From a virus (Duplodnaviria > Caudoviricetes), in IMG/VR virus record IMGVR_UViG_3300012352_000383, positions 1 through 24,325 of that record: 24,325 bases of DNA, one strand, 5' to 3'. The notes under the pieces are model-generated. The model worked only from the letters and a program-made list of their open reading frames with translations. It did no database searches and had not been told where the DNA came from. The position numbers and the translations under genes were made by a program. Of the stretch, positions 23,363 through 24,325 are shown piece by piece (the first letter of the stretch is position 1; each line of letters begins with the position of its first letter).

Positions 23363-24325
23363 TGGAATTTTACACAAACGTACAAGTCGCTGGCGATAAG
23401 GTTTTAGTTCGTGGTTATGAGCACGGAAGACCTTACCAGCGACGCATTGATTTTATGCCAACCCTTTTTGTAAATGCAAAGGGTAAAAGTAAATGGCAGA
23501 CTCTCGATGGTGCTTACGTTGATGAGGTTCAACCTGGCACTATCCGTGAAACACGTGACTTCCTGAAACGATATGATGGCGTTCAGGGATTCAGCGTTTA
23601 TGGTCAAACAAACTATGCTCTTCAATATCTCAGTGATACTTATGATTATGATATCAACTGGGATATGGAACAGATTAAAGTATTTACAATCGACATTGAA
23701 ACTGCAACTGAAGGTGGTTTCCCTGATATCCGTTCAGCCAGCGAAGAAATTCTGTTGATCACTATCAAAGACCTTACAACTAAAAAGGTTGTCACTTTTG
23801 GCTATTCTCCAACTGGAGATAGTTACACTAACAATCGTTCTGACGTTACATTCCAATCCTATACTAACGAGCAACACATGCTCAAAGATTTTATTATTTG
23901 GTGGCAGTCTAACTATCCTGACGTCATCACTGGTTGGAACACTGACTTCTTCGATATCCCCTATTTGATCAAACGTCTTGAACGTGAACTTGGCGAATCA
24001 CTTGCCAAGAAAATGTCACCATGGGGTATGTTGACTGAACGTAATACATTTATTAAAGGTAATGAAGAGCTTCACTTTGATATTTCTGGCATCGCTCAGC
24101 TTGATTATCTCGAGTTGTACAAAAAGTATACTTACTCCAAGCAAGAGTCCTACAAACTGGACTACATTGCAGAGCAGGAGCTAGGCGACAAGAAGAAGGA
24201 AAACCCAGGAGACACATTCCGTGACTTCTATACTTTCCACTGGCAACAATTCGTAGAGTACAACATCCACGACGTTGAACTTGTTGACCGTCTCGAAGAT
24301 AAGATGCGTCTGATCGAACTTCACT
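23362..24325 (+). CDS. gp43: Family B DNA polymerase gp43, N-terminal and exonuclease domains; runs off the window; not in ORF track
   Basis: Open frame from ATG 23362: MEFYTNVQ..., DIETATEGGFPD (ExoI), TGWNTDFFDIPYL (ExoII), SYKLDYIAEQELG and YNIHDVELV (ExoIII). Confidence 0.97.
   Translation, partial: MEFYTNVQVAGDKVLVRGYEHGRPYQRRIDFMPTLFVNAKGKSKWQTLDGAYVDEVQPGTIRETRDFLKRYDGVQGFSVYGQTNYALQYLSDTYDYDINWDMEQIKVFTIDIETATEGGFPDIRSASEEILLITIKDLTTKKVVTFGYSPTGDSYTNNRSDVTFQSYTNEQHMLKDFIIWWQSNYPDVITGWNTDFFDIPYLIKRLERELGESLAKKMSPWGMLTERNTFIKGNEELHFDISGIAQLDYLELYKKYTYSKQESYKLDYIAEQELGDKKKENPGDTFRDFYTFHWQQFVEYNIHDVELVDRLEDKMRLIELH

Noticed and set aside
2310-23625. Minus-strand and alternate-frame ORFs in the supplied track (e.g. 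6774-7412, 13231-13569, 17589-17945)
   Set aside because: They overlap well-supported plus-strand genes and lack recognisable motifs, so they are treated as shadow ORFs.
23573-23758. 61-aa ORF listed near the right end
   Set aside because: It lies out of frame within gp43, which the track omitted because it has no stop inside the window.
2511-24325. Introns or inteins in uvsW, gp46, gp44, ligase or gp43
   Set aside because: The ORFs are uninterrupted, of ordinary length, and show no splice-junction or LAGLIDADG motifs in the visible parts.

Overview
This is a 24.3 kb, all plus-strand segment of a T4-like myophage genome with the gene order of aquatic T4-like phages. It runs from the end of the major capsid gene (gp23) through gp3, uvsY, uvsW, gp55, gp47, gp46, a peptidase-VWA/MoxR-AAA pair, small early genes, an SPFH protein, gp45, gp44, gp62, regA and hsp20. 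An inserted ~5 kb block with DNA ligase and a DexA-like exonuclease follows, then the start of DNA polymerase gp43. The main result is missing from the ORF track: a 23-aa PQQ precursor gene (pqqA, 16894-16965, MWTKPTATEMRFGFEVTMYVMNK) of the Methylophilaceae type. It lies between regA and hsp20, downstream of a T4 late promoter, and is flanked by structured RNA including a predicted pseudoknot. This suggests a methylotroph host and phage supply of the cofactor precursor. Other points of interest are a second predicted pseudoknot ahead of an HTH gene, an antisense promoter aimed at the upstream gene block, a fixed-spacing palindrome upstream of early promoters, probable leaderless late genes and several unannotated micro-ORFs. 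All assignments come from motif recognition by eye; no searches were run.
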